Part shown: in pieces, positions 31,756 to 40,677 of the stretch | Layout: each line of letters begins with the position of its first letter | Numbering within the stretch: the first letter of the stretch is position 1 | NCBI GenBank assembly: GCA_965214095.1 | Contig: OZ243938.1 | Span: 736,001-800,000, forward strand | DNA length: 64,000 nt | Reading direction: 5' to 3' | Source of the DNA: Candidatus Poribacteria bacterium | GTDB taxonomy: Bacteria; Poribacteria; WGA-4E; WGA-3G | The notes under the pieces: model-generated | What the model was told of the DNA's origin: nothing | Database searches by the model: none | What the model saw: only the letters and a program-made list of their open reading frames with translations | Position numbers and translations under genes: made by a program

Positions 31756-33336
31756 ATGACTAAACACGATATAAAATCATTAATACCCAGCGAACAACTC
31801 AAGTGGTTATTTAATATCCTCTTTACTGAGAAAGAGGCATTTCAACTACTTATGGACGCTGATATTATTACAGAACCAGATAAAATACGGTCATCTTCAA
31901 AAGATGAACTGGTAAATAGGTTAACTGAAGTTTTTTTCAATCAATCTACAATTTACGAAATAATTGTTGAAAATCTATCGCAAAAAGCAGAAGCCGCAAT
32001 TTCACGAATAGGCTATATGTTAGTTGATGAAATAAAGACATTCTTCAAAGCACCTGCAACCCTAATTGAATCAGGGGAATTTGGAAATGTCGTGTGGGCT
32101 CTCATAATTGACTCACGTGAGGATGTACACGCTCACGGTTTCCACTTGATGTCAACTGCCTATGAGGCATATAAAAACCCAGAGGATTCAACAAATACTC
32201 TGACGGAAATTACAGAATATCCTGCTAAAAAACAAACGTCTTCTTCAGATGTTCAAGATGTCCAACAGTTGTATACGAACCAATTAGACCAGAACCTTTC
32301 TGAACTTCATGAAAAACACATAGAAATAGAAAGACTTGGGAACGTAATAGATGAAATAAAAGCACAACAAGGAGCACTTCAAAAAAAGAATAAACGGTTG
32401 GAACAACATTGCAAATTCCTGGTTGAAGAGAACGACAGATTGAAAAATAGAATTTCTACTTTTCAAGAAAAAGAAGAAAGACTTGTTATATTGCAAAAAG
32501 AAAATGAAAGCCTAAAGCAAGTTACGGATCAATATGCTCAAACATCTACAAATCTTGAAAAATTAGATGCTGAACATCAAAATCTATTAACAAAACACGA
32601 AGAAATTACTGCGCAACTCCACGAACTTGATCAATTCAAAGCATCTACCGAGTCATTCATGGTTGAATTGAAGTTAGTTGAAGAAGCAATATTCAAGGAA
32701 AACAATGTACTAACACAATTAAAGTCCGATATACAAAACCATTTTGAGCTGATAGACAAATCGCAAGAGGAATCAAGGGTTGCCCTAAACAAAATTAGAA
32801 TGACAGTTAAACATATTGAAATTCCTGATATGGAATCAACTCATGAAACTAATAAGAATACAACTCATGAACGGGTAGGGGTTTTTGTGGATGTACAAAA
32901 TATGTTCTACGCTGCAAAAGACCGTTTTGAGCGAAGAGTTGATTACATCAAACTTCTTGACCTGATCGTCGGTCCGCGCCAACTCCTCTGTGCTTATGCA
33001 TATATCGTACAAATTCCAGAAATAAAACAAGGCAATTTCATTTCTCTGTTAGAACACAATGGATACACAATACGCAGTAAAGACTTGCGATTACGAGGGG
33101 ACGGTTCCGCAAAAGGTGATTGGGATGTCGGAATTGCTGTTGATGTTGTTTCAATGCTCAGATCATTAGATGTTGTAATTTTGGCAAGTGGAGACGGGGA
33201 TTTCTGTCCTTTGGCTGAACTCATTAAACAACAACAAAAAAGAATAGAGGTCGTGGCATTTGAGCATAACACATCAATGGACTTGCAAGCAATGGCTGAC
33301 CAATTCTTCCCAATCGGTGAAGAATTATTGATGTAG
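31756..33336 (+). CDS. Coiled-coil protein with C-terminal NYN (LabA/DUF88, PIN-like) domain
   Basis: C-terminal VFVDVQNMFY, KGDWDVGIAVD, LASGDGDF; central heptad-rich region. Confidence 0.85.
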   Translation: MTKHDIKSLIPSEQLKWLFNILFTEKEAFQLLMDADIITEPDKIRSSSKDELVNRLTEVFFNQSTIYEIIVENLSQKAEAAISRIGYMLVDEIKTFFKAPATLIESGEFGNVVWALIIDSREDVHAHGFHLMSTAYEAYKNPEDSTNTLTEITEYPAKKQTSSSDVQDVQQLYTNQLDQNLSELHEKHIEIERLGNVIDEIKAQQGALQKKNKRLEQHCKFLVEENDRLKNRISTFQEKEERLVILQKENESLKQVTDQYAQTSTNLEKLDAEHQNLLTKHEEITAQLHELDQFKASTESFMVELKLVEEAIFKENNVLTQLKSDIQNHFELIDKSQEESRVALNKIRMTVKHIEIPDMESTHETNKNTTHERVGVFVDVQNMFYAAKDRFERRVDYIKLLDLIVGPRQLLCAYAYIVQIPEIKQGNFISLLEHNGYTIRSKDLRLRGDGSAKGDWDVGIAVDVVSMLRSLDVVILASGDGDFCPLAELIKQQQKRIEVVAFEHNTSMDLQAMADQFFPIGEELLM

Positions 33337-33381
33337 TACCATATCTGAAATATAATAGTTGATTAAGAAATTAAACCGTTT

Positions 33382-33404
33382 GTAATCGCGCAATTTATTC
33401 CGCC
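33382..33404 (+). repeat. REP family B (degenerate copy)
   Basis: gtaatcgcgcaatttattccgcc vs gtagtcgcgcaattcattgcgcc at 63501. Confidence 0.6.
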
Positions 33405-33420
33405 CTTATACTCTTCATCT

Positions 33421-33558
33421 TATAGTGAAATGTAAAAATCCGTGCACACTCCCCGGTAGATGCGGTTTCCTAACCGCATCTATGAGACTGAACAAACACC
33501 GGTTCGGTTAGGAAACCGAACCTACCGTAGTGTGTAAATAATTATGGTTTTTACTATA
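33421..33558 (-). mobile_element. MITE-like element family A (copy 2, reverse orientation)
   Basis: Reverse complement closely matches 20821-20954; ends TATAGTGAAA...TTTTACTATA. Confidence 0.9.
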
Positions 33559-33611
33559 ATGTTAACCTATAATTCCACAAAGAAGTCTTATTTTTCTGGA
33601 CTGTTATTATT

Positions 33612-35036
33612 ATGTATCCCAGAATCAATATAGTCAATGTAACTTCATCGCGAATAATATATCGAAATATCATTCCTTTTTTCTGCATGCTTCTATCTAT
33701 AGTACCCTATACTGGTTACACAGAATGGAAACATACTGAAAACCTACCAATATGCACAGCTGAAAGCGAACAATATTTCCCTACAATTACAACTGACGGA
33801 AGAGATGGTGCCATTATCACTTGGCGCGATGGACGAAATGGCAGTTATGATATTTATGCACAACGAGTTGACAGCAATGGTGACATTGTTTGGGAAGAGA
33901 ACGGTATCCCAATATGTACGCATAAAGCATCTCAAAGTAACCCAGTAATCGTCTCTGACCTAAACGGTGGGGCAATCATTGTTTGGGGAGATACAAGAAA
34001 CGGATCCCAAGACAGCTATGCACAACGTATCAATACACAAGGAGAAAAACTGTGGAAACAGGACGGTGTCTCAATCTGCATAGAACCTAACTTACAAGAC
34101 GATTTTACTGCGATATCCGATGGAAAAGGTGGCGTTATTATTGTCTGGGAAGATTGGCGTTCAGGTAATCAAGATATCTATGCACAGAAATTGGCTACGG
34201 ATGGCTCCATAGTTTGGGAACAGAACGGGATTGCCGTGTTTAAAGGGAATGGAGACCAATACGATCCTGCTATAATCAGCGATGGTGATGGCGGAGCATT
34301 CATTGTATGGTGGGACATCAGCACTCCTGATTGGAATATATTTGCACAACGGATTGATAGCAAAGGTAATGAAGCATGGGATTCTCCTATTGCTGTATGC
34401 TCAGCACAAGGTAACCAAGGTGCTCCTGCGATTGTAACGGATGGCAACGGTGGTGTGTTCTGTGTCTGGGCAGACTATCGCAATGATCCTAATTTTCTAA
34501 CCTCCGCACAACTGTATGCACAACATCTAACTGCTGATGGACAAACCCTATGGATTAAAGACGGAATACCTATCGGTGAAGTCACTGCTAATCAACAACA
34601 ACACAATTGCGTCAGTGATGGAGATGGCGGGTTTATCGTGGCGTGGTGGGACGATCGGGATATTTTTCCAGACATATACGCACAACGCATTAATGTTGAT
34701 GGAAAGATACTTTGGGATAAAGAAGGCATCCCAATTTGCACTGAAGGAGGAGTCCAGCAAAATCCCATGCTTGTTACTGATGGGGTCGGTGGTGCAATCG
34801 CCTATTGGGTTGACTTTAGAGAAGATATCGGTAACGCTACTGAGGATGCAATATATGCCCAACGTATTGGTTCTGATGGAAATGTGCTTTGGCAGGAAAA
34901 CGGTGTACCAGTATCTGCTGCTGAAAAAGAGCAGATCTCACCACGGGCAATTTCTGTCGGCACTGGCAGTGCAATCGTTGTATGGAGTGATGCCCGTGGA
35001 AAAGACCATGACATCTATATCCATCGTGTTCAATAA
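33612..35036 (+). CDS. Secreted repeat protein, probable beta-propeller
   Basis: About 7 repeats of roughly 60 aa, DG.GGAII.W.D.R...DIYAQR...G...W. Confidence 0.8.
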   Translation: MYPRINIVNVTSSRIIYRNIIPFFCMLLSIVPYTGYTEWKHTENLPICTAESEQYFPTITTDGRDGAIITWRDGRNGSYDIYAQRVDSNGDIVWEENGIPICTHKASQSNPVIVSDLNGGAIIVWGDTRNGSQDSYAQRINTQGEKLWKQDGVSICIEPNLQDDFTAISDGKGGVIIVWEDWRSGNQDIYAQKLATDGSIVWEQNGIAVFKGNGDQYDPAIISDGDGGAFIVWWDISTPDWNIFAQRIDSKGNEAWDSPIAVCSAQGNQGAPAIVTDGNGGVFCVWADYRNDPNFLTSAQLYAQHLTADGQTLWIKDGIPIGEVTANQQQHNCVSDGDGGFIVAWWDDRDIFPDIYAQRINVDGKILWDKEGIPICTEGGVQQNPMLVTDGVGGAIAYWVDFREDIGNATEDAIYAQRIGSDGNVLWQENGVPVSAAEKEQISPRAISVGTGSAIVVWSDARGKDHDIYIHRVQ

Positions 35037-35074
35037 TCAGCGACAGAAACGCACTACTTATACAAGGACATTAT

Positions 35075-37021
35075 TCATTCTAATTCTGCTAATCTTGATA
35101 GATGCCAATTTGGATCTTCTAATGCTTCGTAGACTACACCACCCTCTACATTTGCAGGCATCGGAAGACCTAAAAGATAACAGAGCGTCGGTGCAACATC
35201 TACCACACGCACTTGTCGTTCTAACGCAATCCCCTGACGAACACCAGCACCAGAAAGGATAAACGTTGAATGTTGTCCACCGATCCCAAAACTTACCGAT
35301 GGCAACTGCTTTCCGTGTGCTCCATCAAACTCAGGACGAAGTGCATAGACAACATCCCCCACAAGATTACCATGTAGATTCAACATCTCAGCATCCTCCC
35401 GAGTTACAGCCAATGAAAAAGGATGCTTACCTGTTTCTGGATCACGGTATGCGTGGAGTGCTGCGATTATCTCACGTTGTGTTGCTTCGTAATCTTCCGC
35501 TGCAACAATTCCATTGGGTTCGCGTCCCTTAAGGTTTATGAAGATATGTACCAAACCGACATTAAGTGCACGCGTTCTCGTCCAGTCAATATCACCCCTA
35601 TCTTGCCTGACAATAAATCCTGTCTCCTCCAACACTTTTTCAATATCAACTGCACGGAATTGATTCGGTGTGCCGCCATGATCAGCGCAAATTAACACAA
35701 CCGTTTCGTCATCAGCAAGTTCTGCTATCTGTCCAATCATTCGGTCTACAGATTCATAAGTACGGCGCAGCCCCTCGCGACACCGATGGACTGTCTCTTC
35801 CGATGCCCCACTAATTTCATCTGCTTGACTTAAGAAAAAATGACTTGCGTAGTCCGGCGCATGTGTCTCAACCATGAGTACATCCCAATCATTTTCGGAT
35901 GCAAGATAAGTTGCCACATCAGCCAAACGTTGATGGTGATAGTCTAACAATTCAAAATACGTATCATCATCCACCTGACCAAGTGCATCGCGAGCCGGAT
36001 TCTGAAGGAATGATCCAACATGCTTGTCAATTGATGTTGCGACATCAGGTGGAACCGTATAATCAGCACGGGGCCATATCTGTGGCACGAAAAGTTCAAA
36101 GGAATCCGCAGTTGATGTCAATGTGACGAGTTTCATGCGGACGTATCCTTCAACGGTATCTCCATCAATCTCAAAAGAATCAAGCCACCACTCACTCCAA
36201 TCTCCGACACCGAGATCAGCAACAGCATCATCACCTGAACGACTGCTATATACTTTTATCCTATCATACCCATTATCATTAGTTGCAAGAATAAGTCCAT
36301 AGAAAGGTTTAGGGACACCGGTTTTGCCACGGTTCATATTCTCTCTTCCGCGTGCTAAAGGATGTATCGTAAGTTCTACTTCAAGCACAGGTTTGTTAGA
36401 CTTAGGTAATGTTCCTTGCCATTTTTTCTCATCTACAGGGTTGATTGTTACCGAATCGATGTGTTTAATCTTCTGCAATGCACTTGGATCAAGTGATTCA
36501 GGGTCGCGTTGTCCTCCTATCGGACGTGGTGCCCATTTCCCTGAAACAAATAGATGATAACCTGCAACTTGATGATGATTAGATACACCTGGACCTGTAC
36601 CCTCAACTTGTATACCTGTTTTCACAGTTGGCGGCCATGACATCTCCCATTTGACTAAAATCGGTTTTCCACCTATTCGTTCAACAAGGTTCCAGATATA
36701 TTCCGATTTGCACAATCCTGTATTGATTCCCCACACGGTTTCATCAAGTTCCTGCCCAACTGCACGAATGTTAAAATCCATTACTCTATGCGTCCCAGGC
36801 CATGAACCTGTTGAGAGTGCTGTCCAACCCGGCGGGGTTAAAGTTGGAAAAACTCCGATCATTGGACGATACACACCCTTTTCGCGTAACTCCCGCATAT
36901 TAGGGGCGTGTCCCCAATCAATCATATTGTTAACAAGTTCCATGCTTGCACCATCCATACCAATGATGATAGCACGTTTCGCGGGAGAATGTAGACTGCG
37001 TTTCACAATCGCTCCTTTCAA
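35075..37021 (-). CDS. Alkaline phosphatase superfamily nucleotide pyrophosphatase/phosphodiesterase
   Basis: IIGMDGA, PTLTPPGWTALSTG, ADHGG, DVAPT. Confidence 0.85.
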   Translation of the reverse strand: MKGAIVKRSLHSPAKRAIIIGMDGASMELVNNMIDWGHAPNMRELREKGVYRPMIGVFPTLTPPGWTALSTGSWPGTHRVMDFNIRAVGQELDETVWGINTGLCKSEYIWNLVERIGGKPILVKWEMSWPPTVKTGIQVEGTGPGVSNHHQVAGYHLFVSGKWAPRPIGGQRDPESLDPSALQKIKHIDSVTINPVDEKKWQGTLPKSNKPVLEVELTIHPLARGRENMNRGKTGVPKPFYGLILATNDNGYDRIKVYSSRSGDDAVADLGVGDWSEWWLDSFEIDGDTVEGYVRMKLVTLTSTADSFELFVPQIWPRADYTVPPDVATSIDKHVGSFLQNPARDALGQVDDDTYFELLDYHHQRLADVATYLASENDWDVLMVETHAPDYASHFFLSQADEISGASEETVHRCREGLRRTYESVDRMIGQIAELADDETVVLICADHGGTPNQFRAVDIEKVLEETGFIVRQDRGDIDWTRTRALNVGLVHIFINLKGREPNGIVAAEDYEATQREIIAALHAYRDPETGKHPFSLAVTREDAEMLNLHGNLVGDVVYALRPEFDGAHGKQLPSVSFGIGGQHSTFILSGAGVRQGIALERQVRVVDVAPTLCYLLGLPMPANVEGGVVYEALEDPNWHLSRLAELE

Positions 37022-38775
37022 CTAACTTCGTTGTGTAGAATCTGAAGTAGATCCTCTAACGGATAAGTATTGATAACATCGTCTTTTGTCAATCCACTAC
37101 GTCGCGCAACATTCACGCCATACCTATATCGTTCAGATTCTGGTAGTGAATGCGCATCGGTATTTACTGCAATCAACACGCCTGCATCTTTGGCTTTTCG
37201 CACATATTCAGGACCTAAATCTAAACGACTCGGTGAACCATTTATCTCCAAAACTGTTTTGTTCTCTGCCGCCGCAGCAATTACTTCGTCAAGATTAATT
37301 GGATATCCTTTCCTTCTACCAAGCAATCGTCCAGTTGGATGACCGATAATCATGACATACGGATTCTCAATTGCACGAATCACTCGTTTCGTCATTTCTG
37401 TTTCCGATAGTGTAAAAAGACTATGCACACTTGCAACGACGATATCAAGTTGGACAAGAATTTCATCAGAAAAATCAAGCGACCCATCTCTACGGATATC
37501 CACCTCTGAACCCGCTAATAGTTTTATTCCATCTGTTTCCTCATCTAATCTATGCACATATTCTATCTGTTTCAATAACCGTTCTTGATCCAATCCATTT
37601 GCAACGGATGACGAAACAGAATGATCCGTAATCGCATAGTACTCTAATTGGCGTTTGATGGCAGCTGCAACCATGTCTTCCATAATATGTGCACCATCAC
37701 TCCAGTCAGTGTGCGTATGTAAATCTCCTCGTAGGTCATTATAGTCTATCAATACAGGTAATTCGTCATCACATGCTAAGGCAACAGAATCAGGATATTT
37801 CCGCAGCTCCGGTGGTATAAATGACATCCCTAAATTATCAAATATTTCAGATTCTGTTTTATTCCGTGAAGCAATTAAGAAATCTGAACTTTCACTTTGT
37901 CCACTTACATTAGGGTATTCAGCAAGATGTTCATTCGTTGGTGTTGTCAGGAATAGGAGTGACTCAAAATCTTCTGCCTTGCACAAATAGACAGTAACAG
38001 GAAAACCGTTGTCAACGAGGAGATGTATTTTCTCTAATGAGTCTGATGGGGGAATTTTATCTTTATAGTTCTTGTCTTTGCTGATTTCAGGCTGAAGTGG
38101 TTGTTTATGTGTCAAAAATGTCTCAATTAGTGCACTTTGGACTTCACCAATGCTATCTTGGCATTCCACTACGATTTCAATACAACGACAGACCTCTTCA
38201 AGTCTACGTACATCACCTGTAAATTCAAATCGTTCAACTGAATCACATGCATTAATGATTTCAGATAAATGTGCTGACAAATCTAAGCATCTTGCAAGAA
38301 TACGAGTCCCTTTATGGGTGTTGAGAAACTCAAGACTTTCCGAAATAGTTACCAGTGTCTTTTTTCCAATACCTTTTATCTCCTGAAGTTTTCCAGATTC
38401 AAGCATATCAGAGAGTTGATTTAGGTTATTGATACCAAAATCATTATAGAGTAGGCTTGCTGTCTTGCCGCCGATCCCTTTCAATTCCAATAGATCCAGC
38501 ACTTCAACTCCCATTTCTGCTATAAGTTTTTCATAGGCTTGACATGTGCCTGTTTCCAAAATCTCTTTAGACTTTTCCTCTATCGTCTTTCCAATACCAG
38601 AAATGTTCTGGAATTTGCCCTCCTCAATCAATATACTAACATCTTCAGCCAAATCACTGATAATATCTGATGCTTTCTCATAAGACCTTATTCGGAATGA
38701 TGGTTCACCTTTTATTGTCAGGAATTTAGCAATATTCTTAAAGATAATACTTATTTCAATGTTTTTCATTATCAA
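37018..38775 (-). CDS. polX: PolX-PHP family protein with degenerate polymerase active site
   Basis: HhH GIGK motifs, FIPPELR, PHP motifs DLHTHTDWSDG, TDHS, GSEVDI, GHPTGR, NTDAH. Confidence 0.9.
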   Translation of the reverse strand: MIMKNIEISIIFKNIAKFLTIKGEPSFRIRSYEKASDIISDLAEDVSILIEEGKFQNISGIGKTIEEKSKEILETGTCQAYEKLIAEMGVEVLDLLELKGIGGKTASLLYNDFGINNLNQLSDMLESGKLQEIKGIGKKTLVTISESLEFLNTHKGTRILARCLDLSAHLSEIINACDSVERFEFTGDVRRLEEVCRCIEIVVECQDSIGEVQSALIETFLTHKQPLQPEISKDKNYKDKIPPSDSLEKIHLLVDNGFPVTVYLCKAEDFESLLFLTTPTNEHLAEYPNVSGQSESSDFLIASRNKTESEIFDNLGMSFIPPELRKYPDSVALACDDELPVLIDYNDLRGDLHTHTDWSDGAHIMEDMVAAAIKRQLEYYAITDHSVSSSVANGLDQERLLKQIEYVHRLDEETDGIKLLAGSEVDIRRDGSLDFSDEILVQLDIVVASVHSLFTLSETEMTKRVIRAIENPYVMIIGHPTGRLLGRRKGYPINLDEVIAAAAENKTVLEINGSPSRLDLGPEYVRKAKDAGVLIAVNTDAHSLPESERYRYGVNVARRSGLTKDDVINTYPLEDLLQILHNEVS

Positions 38776-38806
38776 GGGATGTCCTAAACTGTATATTGAA
38801 TTCAGT

Positions 38807-38943
38807 TATTGTAAAACCATAATTATTTACACACGACGGTAGGTTCGGTTTCCTAACCGAACCGGTCTTTGTTCAGTGTCATAGATGCGGTTAGGAAACC
38901 GAACCTACCGGGGAGTGTGCACATATTTTTACATTTCATTATA
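38807..38943 (+). mobile_element. MITE-like element family A (copy 3)
   Basis: Closely matches 20821-20954, including both REP hairpins. Confidence 0.9.
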
Positions 38944-38992
38944 AATAGTGATATATCGTGAGATCAGTATAATTATAACCTGCCTATGCAGC

Positions 38993-39859
38993 TTACCTGT
39001 TTTTATAGGTCTTTGCATACTTACGAAATGCGGAAAAACCAGAAAAAACACCAATAATCACACCTGTAACCACAATCGCAATTAGTTGATAATATGGAAG
39101 GAATTCAAGAACACCGATTTGGAAAGTAAAAATGCAGTAAAGCAAATAGAAACAGGCTATACCTAACAGAGGACCGAAAAATCCCAGAACGAATCCTTGA
39201 ATGAGGAAAGGAAAACGAATATATCCGCGAGTTCCACCGATAATGTTAATTAGGTGTATTTCATCATCTCGCGTTTGACCTGTTTTCAATACTGCAGCGC
39301 GTATCAATATAAATGAGATGAGAACTGTAAAGACAATACATGCGATTGTCATACGACTCGTTTGACGATAAAAATCTGTCAAGATACCGTGTCCTGTAAA
39401 AACTACATCATCAATTGTGTCATAGGCTTCTATATCAAAAGCAATATCTTCCAACGTTCTTCGTGATAAATTATCAGAGTTAACATAAATCTCTAATGAT
39501 GCTGGGAAAGGATTACTGCCGGAAAAACCATTCTTTATCAATTTACCGAGAGGTCCAAACTGCTTCTCTGCACGGTTCAAGTTTTCTTCTTTTGAAATAA
39601 AATCTATATATAAAATCTTTTCATTTTTCTGAATCTGATTAGCAAATACCCTTGCATCATCTTCAACGACTGTATCATTGGCAAATGCTACAAGTGGAGC
39701 TTCAGTCTCTTTCAATGATAGTTCCTTATATATGGAACTGTAATTGAATAGAAATGTATTCATTATTAAGATGAAAAAAGTAAGCGCAAGAAGGCATAAG
39801 ATGTTATTTGATTTTGTCAGTCCTAAATGCAGCAGTGCGTTTTGAATCAGGTGTCGCAT
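38993..39859 (-). CDS. ftsX: Cell division permease-like protein FtsX
   Basis: FISKEE, NPFPASLEI, EIHL...GG..YIRFPFL.QG; downstream of ftsE. Confidence 0.85.
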   Translation of the reverse strand: MRHLIQNALLHLGLTKSNNILCLLALTFFILIMNTFLFNYSSIYKELSLKETEAPLVAFANDTVVEDDARVFANQIQKNEKILYIDFISKEENLNRAEKQFGPLGKLIKNGFSGSNPFPASLEIYVNSDNLSRRTLEDIAFDIEAYDTIDDVVFTGHGILTDFYRQTSRMTIACIVFTVLISFILIRAAVLKTGQTRDDEIHLINIIGGTRGYIRFPFLIQGFVLGFFGPLLGIACFYLLYCIFTFQIGVLEFLPYYQLIAIVVTGVIIGVFSGFSAFRKYAKTYKNR

Positions 39860-39964
39860 TATATATTTGAAATTATCTATTGTAGGTTATGAGTTATAAT
39901 ACAAAATGTATCAGTCTTTATTTGCGTGTGTATGTACGTGTATTAGTTGTAATTGTTCGGTAAG

Positions 39965-40648
39965 TTATGTTGATATATGTCCATCTTTTAGTGTAAATAC
40001 CCGTTTGGGTGTGGCGTTTTGGGCACGTATATATCTTTCAGGGAGTTCAGGGTCCGTGGTAGAAACCAATACTGTAGTGCCTTGAAAATTCAGTGCATCA
40101 AAAAGCGCGAGCATTTCATGTGTAAGTGATGGATCAAGTGTATCCGTTGGTTGGTCAGCAATGAGTAACAATGGACTATTAATAATCGCTCTTGCAATTG
40201 CAAGTCGCTGACGTTCATTGTTGGATATTTGACTTGGAAATGCTCGTTTATGGTGAACCAATCCCATTTGGTGTAATAGATTATTAACATTTTCACGCAA
40301 AATCTGTATTTTTGTTTTGACTAATTTCTGAGGAATAGCAAGATTCTGTTCTACAGTTTTGTACTCAATAAGATTGCGGTCTTGAAAGACCACACCGATT
40401 TTGCGTCTGAAGTAGGGCAGTGTAGATGGCGTGAGATCAGCAAGGGATTGACCAAGAACATTTACAGAACCAGATGTTGGTGTTAAGGCTCCATATAAGA
40501 GTTTAAGCAGCGTCGTTTTCCCAGATCCGCTTCCACCTACGAGGAACCCGAACTCCCCAGGTTCAAGCCGAAAACTGGCTCGTTCCAACACACTGAGGTC
40601 ACGATAACTAAAATTAACTTGATGTAGTTGAATCATATTACATCTCAA
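39965..40648 (-). CDS. ftsE: Cell division ABC ATPase FtsE (degenerate catalytic motifs)
   Basis: FLVGGSGSGKTTLLKL, RRKIGVVFQD, IARAIIN.P.LLIAD; adjacent to ftsX. Confidence 0.85.
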   Translation of the reverse strand: MRCNMIQLHQVNFSYRDLSVLERASFRLEPGEFGFLVGGSGSGKTTLLKLLYGALTPTSGSVNVLGQSLADLTPSTLPYFRRKIGVVFQDRNLIEYKTVEQNLAIPQKLVKTKIQILRENVNNLLHQMGLVHHKRAFPSQISNNERQRLAIARAIINSPLLLIADQPTDTLDPSLTHEMLALFDALNFQGTTVLVSTTDPELPERYIRAQNATPKRVFTLKDGHIST

Positions 40649-40677
40649 GTGAAAAAATCAAACTTGTGAATGTCCGA

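Noticed and set aside
34537-35262. 241-aa overlapping ORF
   Set aside because: Out-of-frame overlap with two well-supported genes; no motifs.
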